From Podarcis liolepis (Eukaryota), in NCBI GenBank assembly GCA_965112155.1, contig OZ218103.1: a stretch of 64,000 bases of DNA; one strand, given 5' to 3'. The notes below the pieces were generated by a model. It was not told where the DNA came from, made no database searches, and saw only the letters and a program-made list of their open reading frames with translations. Position 1 is the stretch's first letter; each line of letters begins with the position of its first letter. This document shows, in pieces, positions 1 through 12,361 of this stretch. Made by a program: the position numbers and the translations under genes.

Positions 1-233
1 GAGTTCTAGGGTCAGGCTTTACGCGCTGAACTTGGTCTCCTCCATTAAGGCCAGAGCCAGATACCCGCCTAGCGATCTATGCCTGCAGATCTCGATCTGT
101 TTCCTCGATCGCTCCTGATCCTCCCTCGTCGGGGTGGCCCTTTCCAAATGGCAACAGGCTTTTTGGAGAAAAGGAAACGGCCGCGAGGCGGACTTGCCGA
201 GAGCGTCGGAGGAAGGAAGCGTGTGGGACGCGA

Positions 234-263
234 GGAGCTGTCCACCGTTCTCCTGGTGCTGAA
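234..263 (-). promoter_or_regulatory. Expanded-spacer REST/NRSF RE1-like element
   Basis: Minus strand reads TTCAGCACC-AGGAGAACGGT-GGACAGCTCC: both RE1 half-sites (consensus TTCAGCACC-NN-GGACAGCGCC) with an 11-nt spacer instead of 2 nt. Confidence 0.55.
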
Positions 264-664
264 TGCCCCTCGCTCCCGCCCGCGAACTTGTGGAGCGTGG
301 ACATCAGGGCTCGGCCACACGGCGACTGGTGCAAGCCTGGTGGGACTGCGCCATCTGTCTGCTGAACGAGAACCGGGCAGGGAGGTAACCAAAAACGGCG
401 GCGGAACACGAGGATGGGAGGCGACGTCCACGCGCATTCGCATCAGCAGTACACCCAGCTCCTGCGCCCTCTCCGTGCGCCTGCTGAGCTGATGGGCTAA
501 GCGCGCCCCTGGCAAGCGCCTCCTCCTCCCTCGACCCGCCCTCCCCAGTCCGAGCAGCTAGAGTAAGCGCCTTCAGCATCTGGATGGCAACCTCCTCAGC
601 CCAGCTGCTGAACGGGCACCCGCGAAGAGGATGGCATGGCATGGCAAGGGAGCACCTCGCCCAG

Positions 665-673
665 GAGGTAAAG
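665..673 (+). other. KCND3: Candidate 5' splice donor ending a non-coding first exon (GAG|gtaaag, exon end 667)
   Basis: Donor-like motif near the 3' side of the CpG island. Alternatives are GAG|gtaacc (GT at 385) and CAG|gtaact (GT at 1564). Confidence 0.4.
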
Positions 674-890
674 TAAGGAGCACTCGAGGAGTGCGTGTGT
701 GTCTGCGTGTGGGGGAGAGGAAAAAAGAGAGGGTGCGGCGGGCGTGGGGGCGGAGATGAATTTCCTCGCAGCCCGTCAGAAACACGAGTTTCTGCTTCTC
801 TCTCCTCTTAAGTCCTTACCTGAATTTTGGACGGTGGATGCTTTTGGGAACTGCGACCAAAAAGAGAGAGATGAGATGCTAAGGAACACT

Positions 891-908
891 TCTCTCTCTC
901 TCTCTCTC
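891..908. repeat. (TC)n microsatellite
   Basis: Perfect TC repeat. Confidence 0.95.
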
Positions 909-996
909 GGTGCTCTTTCCCTTTCTCTGCCGTTTTGTCCCCCCTCTCTCTCTCCTTTTGCTTCCAAAGCACAGATCAGCTCATTCCGCTGAACTC

Positions 997-998
<2 letters not shown>

Positions 999-1029
<31 letters not shown>
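999..1029. repeat. (AC)n microsatellite
   Basis: Perfect AC repeat. Confidence 0.95.
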
Positions 1030-1033
<4 letters not shown>

Positions 1034-1283
1034 AAGTATAATCTGAATCTCCGAATGAGATGACGCACGCCGGGGAAAGCAGCTGAGCGCCTGTATTCCA
1101 TGTATGTATGCATTTGTATTGCTTTACCGAAGTCACTAAGCCCCGCTGTAGCCCATCAGTCACTTCCTTGAGGCTTCTTTTAACTCCGGAAGGCAAGAGC
1201 GCTCGGATTTGGATATTTAGGCAAAGGTGGGAAGGCAAAATGCAAAATCGGACTTGACCCAAAACGGGATGAAGTAAAAGCGC

Positions 1284-1370
1284 AGGGCAATCCTATACCT
1301 GGGTACTCAGGAGTAACCCCCCTTTGAGTTCAATGGGACTTACTCACAGGTAATTGAGTATAGAATTTCA
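1284..1370. mobile_element. Short (~90 bp) imperfectly palindromic dispersed repeat, MITE-like
   Basis: CAATCCTATAC...TACTCAGGAGTAA...TTCAATGGGACTTACT...GTATAGAATT; degenerate relatives near 3755, 4480, 9160, 25900, 36180, 39900 and 49610. Confidence 0.55.
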
Positions 1371-3138
1371 ACGTGTTTGTTGGGAGGGATGTGCATACAT
1401 GGAAAACTGAAGGGATGAGAACCAGAAATCATAGAGTTGCATAGGAGCTGAAGGCAAGAGCTTTATTTTAGAAAGGAAGAAAAAAAATGGGCATCAGCAA
1501 CTTTGGCTGCAAGATGTACCTGAGAAAGGGTGCCTGCTTATCTAAGTGGAGAGCCTCCAACAGGTAACTTAGTTTCCTTACCCATGTCACATCGCCCTTC
1601 CATGTCAAGCCATGCATGCAGATGAATAACTTCATGTATTGGTGTCTCTCTCTCAGTGTACACAGTCTCTCCCTTCAGAACCTTGCTTTCCTAGCTACCT
1701 TCCAAGACAGACATTCTGGTCCCCCATTCTTCACCAGCAAATGAGGGGAAAGTTTGAGTGCTTGGATAGGACTGATCAGGCAAGAGCAAAACTCCAAGCT
1801 GGACTTAAAGGTGAACGGTTGCAAGTGCATCTTGTCAACCCAGGAGCTTACCAGGCTCAGCAATAACAAGATAAGCCGTTTAGTCACCTCTTTCTCTACT
1901 TTCCCTCTGCTGGTATTGCCTGATTCCTCCAAACTGCATGTGGAGAGCTCCGACTTAGGGAAGGTGATTCACATTTAGCCCAAAGGACTGGTCTTCATTT
2001 GTTCCATGATCATTTTGTATGTGTGGTTTTCCATCTATTGTGTGGGTGATTTAAAAAAAATCAAGGTAAGTTCTGGCTAATTTGGCTTTATGCATGGTGC
2101 TGGGGGGGGGGGAGGCTGGATTAATGAAGTTTGCATGTCTCTATCCTGTTGCTCTATGATTTGCTTTCACTGAGTACATTTGCTAGAGAAAAGAGAGAGG
2201 AAATCTTTTGCAAGAAGTTTTATTATCTACCATGGGAGAAGGTGGAGGAGGAGATCTAATTGAGAGAGGGTGTAGAAATCTCATCTGAGCATAGTTTGCA
2301 TTTTAAATGAAAAGATCATTGAAACTGGAACCTGACCCACATAAAAAGGACTTTTTAAAAAGGAAACACTAGTATTCAGAATACCAGCTTTTCTCCCTGC
2401 TCTTATAATTCCATGAAACTCACATTATTCTGTTTGTCAGCCTTCCCTGCTCTTTGAAGTTACCTTTATCTGCTTCTACAGATAATATAAATTTCTTAAA
2501 ACAAGTCTAACTAGGGATGATCAGTGACACCCAGAAATATTGATATGGTGTCAGAAGTTAATGAGATGAAAGTCCATCATTTATTTCCTTTTCCCCCTGA
2601 ATGAACAGGGATAAATATGTGATTCTATAAAGTTTTTCTCCAGTGCACTGTTGATCCTAGAAAGGAGTGTGGATTTGAATTTTCAAAGTGAAAATAAAAT
2701 TCTTGTCAATAAAGCAAGACGTAGCTCAAACAAGCTTTATTTCTACATGTGGAAGGATGGCTGGAGTGACTGGAAAGAGCAGATCTTTTTGAGAGAGCAG
2801 AAAAGCCTTGGATTACCATTTTCTTTGCACCCTTTGTGGGGCATGGCACTTACCTAGAGAAAACACAGTCTGTTTGCTTCCACAGTCTGTTGACATTTGG
2901 TTTCAGTCTAAAGGGTCATACCATGCACACAATCTCCTCTAGTCGAAATACCATCAGTAGACTGCCAAGTAAAAGATACTGTCAATACATCTCTGTCTGG
3001 CTTAGCTTTTTAGAATAAAAAAAATGTCTAAAAAACAACAGTTGGTTCAAGAGGGGGGTTGAACACTTCAAAATCCACATTTAGGCAATGCTTTATTAGA
3101 ACCATTTAAAAAGTTACCAAATTGTGAGAAGGGGGTTG

Positions 3139-3340
3139 TCTAGAACTCTTCCTCAGGAAATGTCTTACACAAAGGAGGGGATGAAGAATTTTTTGCTGTT
3201 CTTTTTTGAGTTTTGTCATCCCGTAATCCGATCACACGCCCACTTTGTGTAACATCTCACCTGATAAAGAGTTCTGGCGAACTCAAAAGTTTGCCACTAT
3301 TTTGTGACGTCTTGGTTGGTCTAATAAAGGTATTGCCCCA
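3139..3340 (+). mobile_element. Old Penelope-like remnant with decayed hammerhead motif
   Basis: 3261-3289 CTGATAA-A-GAGTTC-TGGC-GAACTC-AAAAG, then TTGGTTGGTCTAATAAAGGT, resembling the tail of the 36422 element; inverted partial copy CTGAGGAAGAGTTCTAGA on the minus strand at ~3139-3156. Confidence 0.5.
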
Positions 3341-4110
3341 GTGTGGAGTTTACAATTCATGTTTGTATATGTTTAATTGAAATGGTAACAAGTGAACTAT
3401 TGTCTTCAACAGTGTGTGGTGCGGGGGGGGGGGGCACTTTTGCAGAATGCACTTTGCTCCTAAATGGATTCTGCATGGCCCACAATGCTCTTATTGTAAA
3501 TGCTATATGCATTTGTGTTTCTGTATGTGAAGAGAGGTCTTTCTATACCTTTCCACACATTAACCTGTTGCTGCTAAATTAGCTACATAATATACTGTGT
3601 GCAGTCTTTCCTCTCAAGCTTTTACTTTTGGGGGGTGGGAAGGGGGTGGAGTCTAGGAAAGATCAAGATCAAAAGTTGGATTTGATTAATTAATTAACTT
3701 TGCTTCCTTATTAGTATTTGTTGGCAATACAAATACATAGTTTTTGCATCCCCTTGGAAGTAAGTTCTGTCAATGGAACTAAGGGTGAATGTATACCTAT
3801 ATGTTGAAGGGTCACTAACTGCAGTGTCACATAATGACTTGTATGTGTGAAACAGCCATTACAGATCAAACACCACCGACAGGACTTTTCTTCTCCTCTC
3901 ACTTTACTTCAAGCATATAACTTTTCAACAGCAGTCGTTCACAGTCCTTCATCTGCAAACTACCGAGTAATAAAACACTGAGTGATACAGGTGCATAGAT
4001 CAATGTTCCATACCAATTATATATTTTATGCTTTTGCATGCTACCTTTTCAGTTCTGTCCTTATCCCACTTTGAAGCAACCCCTAGATATAAATTGAAAT
4101 AATTCATTGT

Positions 4111-4278
4111 TAGGAACATAAGAAGATGCCTTGTACTGGCTCAGACCATTGCTCTATCTAGCTAACTGCTTGCACTGACTGGCAGCAGCTCTTCAAGGTT
4201 TCCTGGAGGTGCCAGGAATTGAACCTGGGACCTTCTGCATGTAAAGCACATGCTCTACCACTGAGCTATGGCCCTTCC
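4111..4278 (-). mobile_element. tRNA-derived SINE with CR1-like 3' tail
   Basis: Minus strand GGAAGGGCCATAGCTCAGTGGTAGAGC (A box) ... GGTTCAATTCC (B box) ... tail ending CTTATGTTCCTA; same family at 22106, 31154, 47204 and 56788. Confidence 0.85.
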
Positions 4279-4349
4279 ACATAGTATCAATGATATCCTA
4301 AAATATACTCCCCAAAATTACTGGAAGCAACTGAATTATACCACCCTGT

Positions 4350-4377
4350 AACAACAACAACAACAACAACAACAACA
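4350..4377. repeat. (AAC)n microsatellite
   Basis: Perfect AAC repeat. Confidence 0.95.
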
Positions 4378-6343
4378 GTTATTGACTTCTGAAATGTAAC
4401 TTATATGTTGGAGCCTGAGCCAATAGCCCATACATGATCAGAAAATTGTCTCCACTTCCTGGAATTGATAAATACGGTTGCTGTCCTATGCATATGTTCT
4501 TGGAATGGTAGTAAGTGCCATTGAATGCAGCAGGACTTACTTTTGAATAAGCATACATGGTATTGTGCTCAAAGTGATGACATGTCAACATAATGTTTCC
4601 AATTCACTCAAATGTTCTAATTTCTTGTGCAGATAGCTAGAGTTTACAGTTTCAGAGTAAGCATACAGACCCAGAAGGCTCTTTTTCTTTTCTTTTTTTT
4701 AAAAAGTGGTTTTAAAATGTGTAACCCATTTATGATCTATTAGTGTCTTAAGTAATGCTTTATGGGACACATTAGGAGTGCCTTTGGCAACATTGTGGAG
4801 TGGCCATGCACACAGTGCTGGAATTTATAACAAAGATCTACCTTACGCAATTGTAGATTCTGATGCCTCTAAGGAATTTTGAGAAGAACTCCGTTTCAGT
4901 CACACAATTACCACATAAATCCAGAATTGTTCCATGCCCATCCAGTATTCTCTAAAAGTCTCTGTTGAGCAGCCTGTGTTTCATATTACTTTTCCCATTA
5001 AAATTGCTTAGCCATGTGAGCCCCGAGTAGTTTGATGCAATCCCTGAATGTTATCAGAATCTTCTGCAGAGCTACTAAAAATAAGTGGCCATGTATCAAG
5101 AGGGTAACTTATAGGAAATCACACTTTTTTTAATAATTGGCTTTCATTGATGTCATGGGAAAGTAGCAGATCACGTGATGGTTCTATGTTCAGTTTCTTT
5201 AACTGGTTCCAATAATTATACCCTCATACCATCTTCTGATGTAAGTCTCAATGTAACATTTCTTTGCTCGTAGGAAGAAACTGCCGCCAGGGAACAAAAT
5301 GTCAACCAGTAACAGCGGATTGTAGCCAGTGGTCTCCCTTGCACTGATGAGGCTCTTTGATCCAAAGGGTCTCCCCAACCCCCTGGAGCAATTTTTTTGG
5401 GAAGGATTGAAGTGCATTCCATCAGGGCAAAGGGCACTAGGGGATACAACCCAGTACGTTTTGCAGAATCTCAAGCCTGCGGGCATCACAAAATTCTTCG
5501 TTGGTAACATATCTCCTGCTCTCTCTTCTTTTCATTTTTGGTTGTGGAAGAATGTTGGAAGTTTTACATTCTGTTCTACCTTCAGTATCTGTCCATCAGC
5601 AGGGGAGAACCGTGTATGAAGTACATGCTTCACCAGCTCCTGCTTTATTCATAGACATGCCCATTATAGACCAATATACTGAAATGACATTGAGTCTAAT
5701 ACTGTGAACCTAGGAATTGACTTAAATTAAGGTTTGATTATTTCTTGGAGTTTCCCATTGAAATTTGTCTCATATTAAATCAGGGAATCTGCCGTAGGTT
5801 CAGAAATATATGACTTCTGAGTCCTGTTCTGTGTCCATAGATGCTACTTCTTGCAGGGATTAAAGTGAATTGTATGTTTTGCCAGAGCTCTCATCAGGGT
5901 TTACTTGTACTCTCAGCTCAGTGCGTGGAACCGCCTTCTAGAGCAACATAATGGTATTCTGTACCTTTCTGTTTATTTCATTTCATTTATTCATTGAGGT
6001 ATTGATAAACTGCACTTCGTCAAAGGGTGGTGAACAATAAAGGTAACCAAAAATGGCCATACGGCCATAAAATACAATAAAAGCAATAAAGTACAATCAT
6101 AAAACAATATTAAAAGGCAGCAACTAAGGATGCAGCAGGGCTACGGTAAAAGGCCCAGGCAAATGGAAAAGCTGTGCCTGGCATCAAAAGTATTGCAAGC
6201 TGCTTTCAGCACTGACTTACTGGGATCTATTTATGACTTTGTTCTGTCAATGAACAAAAGGCCGGAATATTATCAACCAACTTGCAGCTGTGTTAAAGCT
6301 AGCCTCTTGAACAGGATGGTGGTAGTGGTGGGGACACTGTGTA

Positions 6344-6691
6344 AGGTAAAGGTAAAAGGACCCTTGACCATTAGGTCCAGTCGTGACCAACTCTGGGGTT
6401 GCGGCGCTCATCTCGCTTTATTGGCCGAGGGAGCTGGCGTACAGCTTCCGGGTCATGTGGCCAGCATGACAAAGCTGCTTCTGGCGAACCAGAGCAGTGC
6501 ACGGAAACGCCGTTTACCTTCCGCCAGAGTGGTATCTATTTATCTACTTGCACTTTGATGTGCTTTCGAACTGCTAGGTTGGCAGGAGCAGGAACTGAGC
6601 AACGGGAGCTCACCCCGCCACAGGGATTCGAACCACTGACCTTCTGATTGGCAATTCCTAGGCTCTGTGGTTTAACCCACAGTGCCACCCA
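6344..6691 (-). mobile_element. Sauria SINE, near full length
   Basis: tRNA-like head (GGGTGGCACTGTGG...GGTTCGAATCCC), typical body and (ACCTTT)n tail on the minus strand; 13-bp TSD GGGACACTGTGTA at 6331-6343 and 6692-6704. Confidence 0.92.
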
Positions 6692-7199
6692 GGGACACTG
6701 TGTACTACCAAGCAAATCTGAAAATTCTGACATCATCTCTCTTAGGAATTTATCCTGTGCATTTTTATTGTTTGTAAGGCATCAATTACCCCTGCCCCTC
6801 TTGAAAATGGACACTGGGTGGAGCCTGTTCTTCTTTTATAAACTGCTTTGAGTTTTTACAATCAAGTGGTGTATAACTTTTATGAAATAAATAAACATTA
6901 TATTCTCTGATTGGACATATCAGTCTCACTCTGACAGCTTTCAAGGGAGATACCATGATGTGTTTATGTATTAACTTTCCCTGCCCCTCAAAACTGGGTG
7001 TGTGGATTCAGGTGGGGTACATTCTCAAAATCTAGAAAGTTACCCTGAATGTGCACACTGTAACTCTGATTCCTCAGTCTTCCAGGTGGTTGTTGTATTA
7101 TGATTCATATTACATATTGTCTGCCTCACCCCTTAGTATGGGTTTGAGTTGATTCCCCCCGTTCCACAGAACTTCAAAACCAAGAATGCTGAAACACTG

Positions 7200-7500
7200 A
7201 ACTATCATTCAGATATGGCATGGGCAGTCAGAACATAATCTTAAGGTTGGATATAGTCATGTACAGAGGTGATTCTTCATATGCCAAGGTCCCAAGCAAT
7301 GAAGGGCATTAAAGGCCAGCTCTTTGACCTGGACCTAAAAATGGACTGCATGTTGGAGAAGATTCGAAAGTACTGGTATGATATGTTCCTAACAACCAGT
7401 CCCAGTTACTTTGCAGTTTTCAGGCTGCTTTGAAAGGTAGCTGCACATACAACATACTGTCGCAATCCAGGCAAAAAGATACCAGGTCCTGGATCACTGT
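7200..7500 (-). mobile_element. Degenerate L2-type LINE fragment
   Basis: GCCAAGGTCCCAAGCAATGAAGGGCATTAAAGGCCAGC resembles the reverse complement of the L2 C-terminal coding region at 51340-51385; boundaries approximate. Confidence 0.45.
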
Positions 7501-8851
7501 AGGATAGTTCCAGTAGTGAACTTTGGATACTAGCTAGCAAAATGCCCATCATTATGATTGGCAGGATATATGGGGAAAGCAGATTTGTATTCTGAATCCT
7601 CTGAAAGGGTGCAGTATGACTCTTTCCCTGCACTGGGGGGTGGGGGCTGGGGGCTGTGCTCAAATTCAGCATTTTATTTCTTTGTAAGAATGAATGGGTG
7701 GCCATTCACTTATATAGGAAAGCAGAACACTAATCCTTGAAGCTAGTTTATTCAGCAAGTCTTTTAATGGTTTCCTTTGTAATCTTCTGGTTTTTGGGGT
7801 GGTGTTTTTTTTTATAAAAAAAATCATCTGCCATTTGATAGAATTTGACTGTTAATTTCATCGGCTTGTATGATAACGTCCATTTTACTGGTTCTGCCTG
7901 TTGGCTGGCCTCTTCCCACCTCCTCTTTATGTTTTGTCCTTATTTTAAAAGTTTTAAACAGCTGTTTCTATGGCAGTTTGTGAGGTGGGAAAATGACATG
8001 CAAATACTTAAATAATTGAAAATAAACACTGGAGATCTGAGAGTAAATGCAAAGGAAGAGAAAGGTAAAGAAACCAATGGGTTTGGCTGCAGATTTTATA
8101 ATGTCATTTATACCCAAACCCTTACTATGGCATAAATCAGTGTGCAATCAGGATGTTCACCAACAGTGTGAAGTACATTTTTCTTCCCTTTAACAGCTAG
8201 TTCTTTGGATTTAGAAAATTAATTTTTATCCTAGGCATGCTGGTAGGTGAGTATTGTCATCAATGTACTTTATTATTTGGTGTTTTTGGTTAGAAAGACC
8301 CTCATTGGCTTTTTTGAAGAGTTGTACTTTGATATAATGTGCACTTTGTTCACACAAGATCAAGAAAGACTCATCTGTACACAACATACACATCATTCTC
8401 AGAATGGCTGTTTTCGGAAATTTAAACATTTCCATTCTTTCAAGAACCCAGTCTAGCCTACTACAGTGGTCTAATATCTAATATGCTGTACCATTCTGAT
8501 GTACTGAGGTAACCAAGAAGAAAGGCAGTTGCCAGTGGAGAAATTATACATATAAAAACATTGCCAGAAAATGAGCAATGAGGTGCTTAGCTGCTGGTCT
8601 ACTATAATTAGTGTAAGTTTCTCTTCTTTAAAGTAGATTGAAGCCAAAGGAGAAAATTTATCAAATTAAATATAGGAATCTTCCTTCTTTCTAGGAAAAT
8701 AATCTGGTAGCTGTGAATGGAGAGACAAAATCCTCTGAATTTGTGAGGTTCTTCCATTTTACATCCTGATATCTAGCTGGAATAATTTGTTAATCAGATA
8801 ATTTGCATGTAGTTTTACAATAAAATAAAATAAATTTGATTGCTGCATATC

Positions 8852-9008
8852 CTGATCACACTTTTGCTTTTTATTAATGGTATATAGACAGCTATACTAG
8901 TAATTAACCAATTAAAAATCCAGTGTTTATACTGATCACACTTTTGCTTTTTATTAATGGCATATAGCCAGCTATGCTAGTAATTAACCAATTAAAAATC
9001 CAGTGTTT
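8852..9008. repeat. 80-bp tandem duplication (2 copies)
   Basis: CTGATCACACTTTTGC...AAAAATCCAGTGTTT starts at 8852 and 8932, with 3 substitutions between copies. Confidence 0.95.
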
Positions 9009-10988
9009 GTATGAAGCAACACTACAGCTGGTTACTATCCAGGCAGGTATAAATGTATCTCTAATGATGCTTTGTTGTCATTATACTGCAAAGGTGAGAT
9101 CCTTCCTGTGCTTACCTCTGAGTAAATATGTATAAATATGACCCAAAAAGCCTCGCACGCAAGTCCCCTTGAAATCAAGGGGCCTTATTTATGAGAAAAC
9201 ATGCACATGTTTCCGTTGTATAATCTATCTCCCTATGCAACATCTTTCCAAGCCACTTTCACAAAGTACTATGCTCATCGTTAATGCATTAATAGGCAAA
9301 ATTGAAAACCCTGCTCATTCTTTTTAGATAGTCCAGCTATCCTAATACATGGCTTAAAAAGCTATGCGCAATCCAGCTAGACACACTTGAAGCGCATTGA
9401 AAGTATATGCACATAACTGTGCTTTTGAGTCACACTGATTTCAATGGTGCTTATGCCTGACTTTCCCTGTTGGTAATGTGTGCTTTCTCTAATAGAAATT
9501 CATAATGCAGTAGCCTGTAGCGCATTATTAATATGCCTGTTATTACCGTAAGCAAATCGGTAGGCAAGCTGGCATCTGGTGGGCTAGTGCTGAATCCCCA
9601 GGGATTAGGGAGAGGTGTGCATTTTCTCTTGGCAGAGGAAACAGTGCCTACCATAAGTATGCACATAGCCCTCTCTAATCCCTAAGGATTCAGCATTAGC
9701 CCAACAAATGCCAGTCTCTCTACTGAGGGAATCAGTTTCTGCAGCCACTAGACCACTGTCTGGATAATGAAGTGGCCCCTGAATATGTAATGACTTCAAT
9801 AAACCTTTCAGCTGATAGTAACACTTGCTGGTAGTGAGTTCTCACAATATCCTACTATTTTATTAGCATTGTCATTGCACTTACTGTGATTATTAGAAAT
9901 CAATCTTGGTCTTGCAGTTGTGACAGATAACTCTACTGATGAGTCGTCCAGTAAAATAAATTAGCACTTTTAGACCCTTCTGACAGCTATATTTGGAATG
10001 ATCATATATGATCTGCTCCAGAAATTACTTTACATGCGTGATGAAAAAGTTGTGCTAGTGGAACAACTGCTCTGCATATGCAAAGCTGAACTGGATCTTA
10101 CTACATTGGGCAAAAGTAGCACAGCCAGGTTTTTGTCTGCTTGACATATAGGAACTGGGGAAACTGAGCAACCTACAAAGTTGGGAGAATGTTCTACTGG
10201 ACAGCATATTCATATGGATGACTGACTATGCCAATGTGATGGGTACTACCACACAGGTTACATGAGGATAGGCTACCCCACATACTTCTAAATGTGAATA
10301 CGAACCACTAGGAGTTGTTTTTCCACATACTGAACACGTTTTGTGAAATGTCTTGGTGCACTTCCGAGTTTCTAAATCAGGACCCATTGTTTACACCTGG
10401 GAATGATATCTGAAGCTTATTTGTGAGGAAGCAAATTTAAATTAGTGTGTTGATGCTGCTTTTAAATGCTTTTAATGAGGAATAATTTGCTGTTCAAAAA
10501 TTCTACCAGTAATAATGCCATAACTTTTTCCATGCTGATTATCATGAGTGCTTTAAAACATTCATTGTTCTAAGCAGTAATGTTTGGCTACCACAGTTAG
10601 GGATTTTTATTGGGGGTGGAGGGAGGGGTGGAATCAACACAGAGAGCCCAATCCCTGGAGCAGCAGAAAGCTGGCTACTTCTGTCTTGCTGCCTAAGAAA
10701 CCCCTTTCCAATCTTTCTACCATTGGTAATAGGCTATGAATGAAAATTGGCAGGGATCCAGTTAAGGTGATTGCAGTATGCTTTTTGAGATAGAGGGTTG
10801 CTTATCCATGGGATATGACTGACCAATTCCTTATGAATGTTTAAGAAGGCAGCAGGAGTCTTTTTTCAAGATGTCATCAGGTAGACTTAATGTACAGTGG
10901 TTGCCACTGAAAATCTGCCTCACCTAGTTTGTATGTTCGAAAACATTTTGCTCTACCATCTAACCAAGAAATAGTGAAGGACTTAAAC

Positions 10989-11118
10989 CAAGTTTCCCCA
11001 ACCTAATGCAGGTGTTTTGGAGGAAACTCCCATTATCCATTATCACTGGCCATGCTGGCTGGGGCTGGTGGGGGTTGCTGTCCAAAATATCTGAAGGGCA
11101 CCACGTTGGCGGCATCTG
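10989..11118. mobile_element. hAT-type palindromic MITE (old)
   Basis: Same family as 36753-36888 (GTTTTGG..AACTCCCA...GTCCAAAATATCTG); degenerate 8-bp TSD ACTTAAAC/TCTTAAAT; ends ~75 bp before the coding-exon acceptor. Confidence 0.7.
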
Positions 11119-11193
11119 TCTTAAATCATTATAAAGATAGCATCAAAGGCAAAGTGGCCACTCACTCTGAATTTTGTTTAATTGTATTTGTAG

Positions 11194-12361
<1,168 letters not shown>

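Larger units (their letters stand above)
60..800 (+). promoter_or_regulatory. KCND3: CpG island; probable KCND3 promoter and non-coding first exon region
   Basis: High GC and dense CpG against a CpG-depleted, AT-rich window; GC boxes (CCCGCCC ~275 and ~535, GGGGCGG ~746); lies ~10.5 kb upstream of the coding exon. The TSS cannot be placed from sequence. Confidence 0.75.

Noticed and set aside
69-785. Overlapping 70-148 aa ORFs on both strands of the CpG island
   Set aside because: Arg/Pro/Gly-rich products expected from GC-rich, stop-poor DNA; no recognisable domain.
4190-4278. tRNA-like sequence (also at 14766, 22106, 31154, 59027)
   Set aside because: SINE heads: A and B boxes run on into SINE bodies and LINE-like tails, with no clean cloverleaf.
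9936-9990. CTGATGA motifs (also at 5344 and 34675) as further hammerheads
   Set aside because: No stem II closed by GAAA and no NUH/stem I arrangement downstream.
10612-10631. G-rich tracts as G-quadruplexes (also ~3629, ~7635, ~60087)
   Set aside because: Mostly three long G runs plus GG; common in this genome and without other support.
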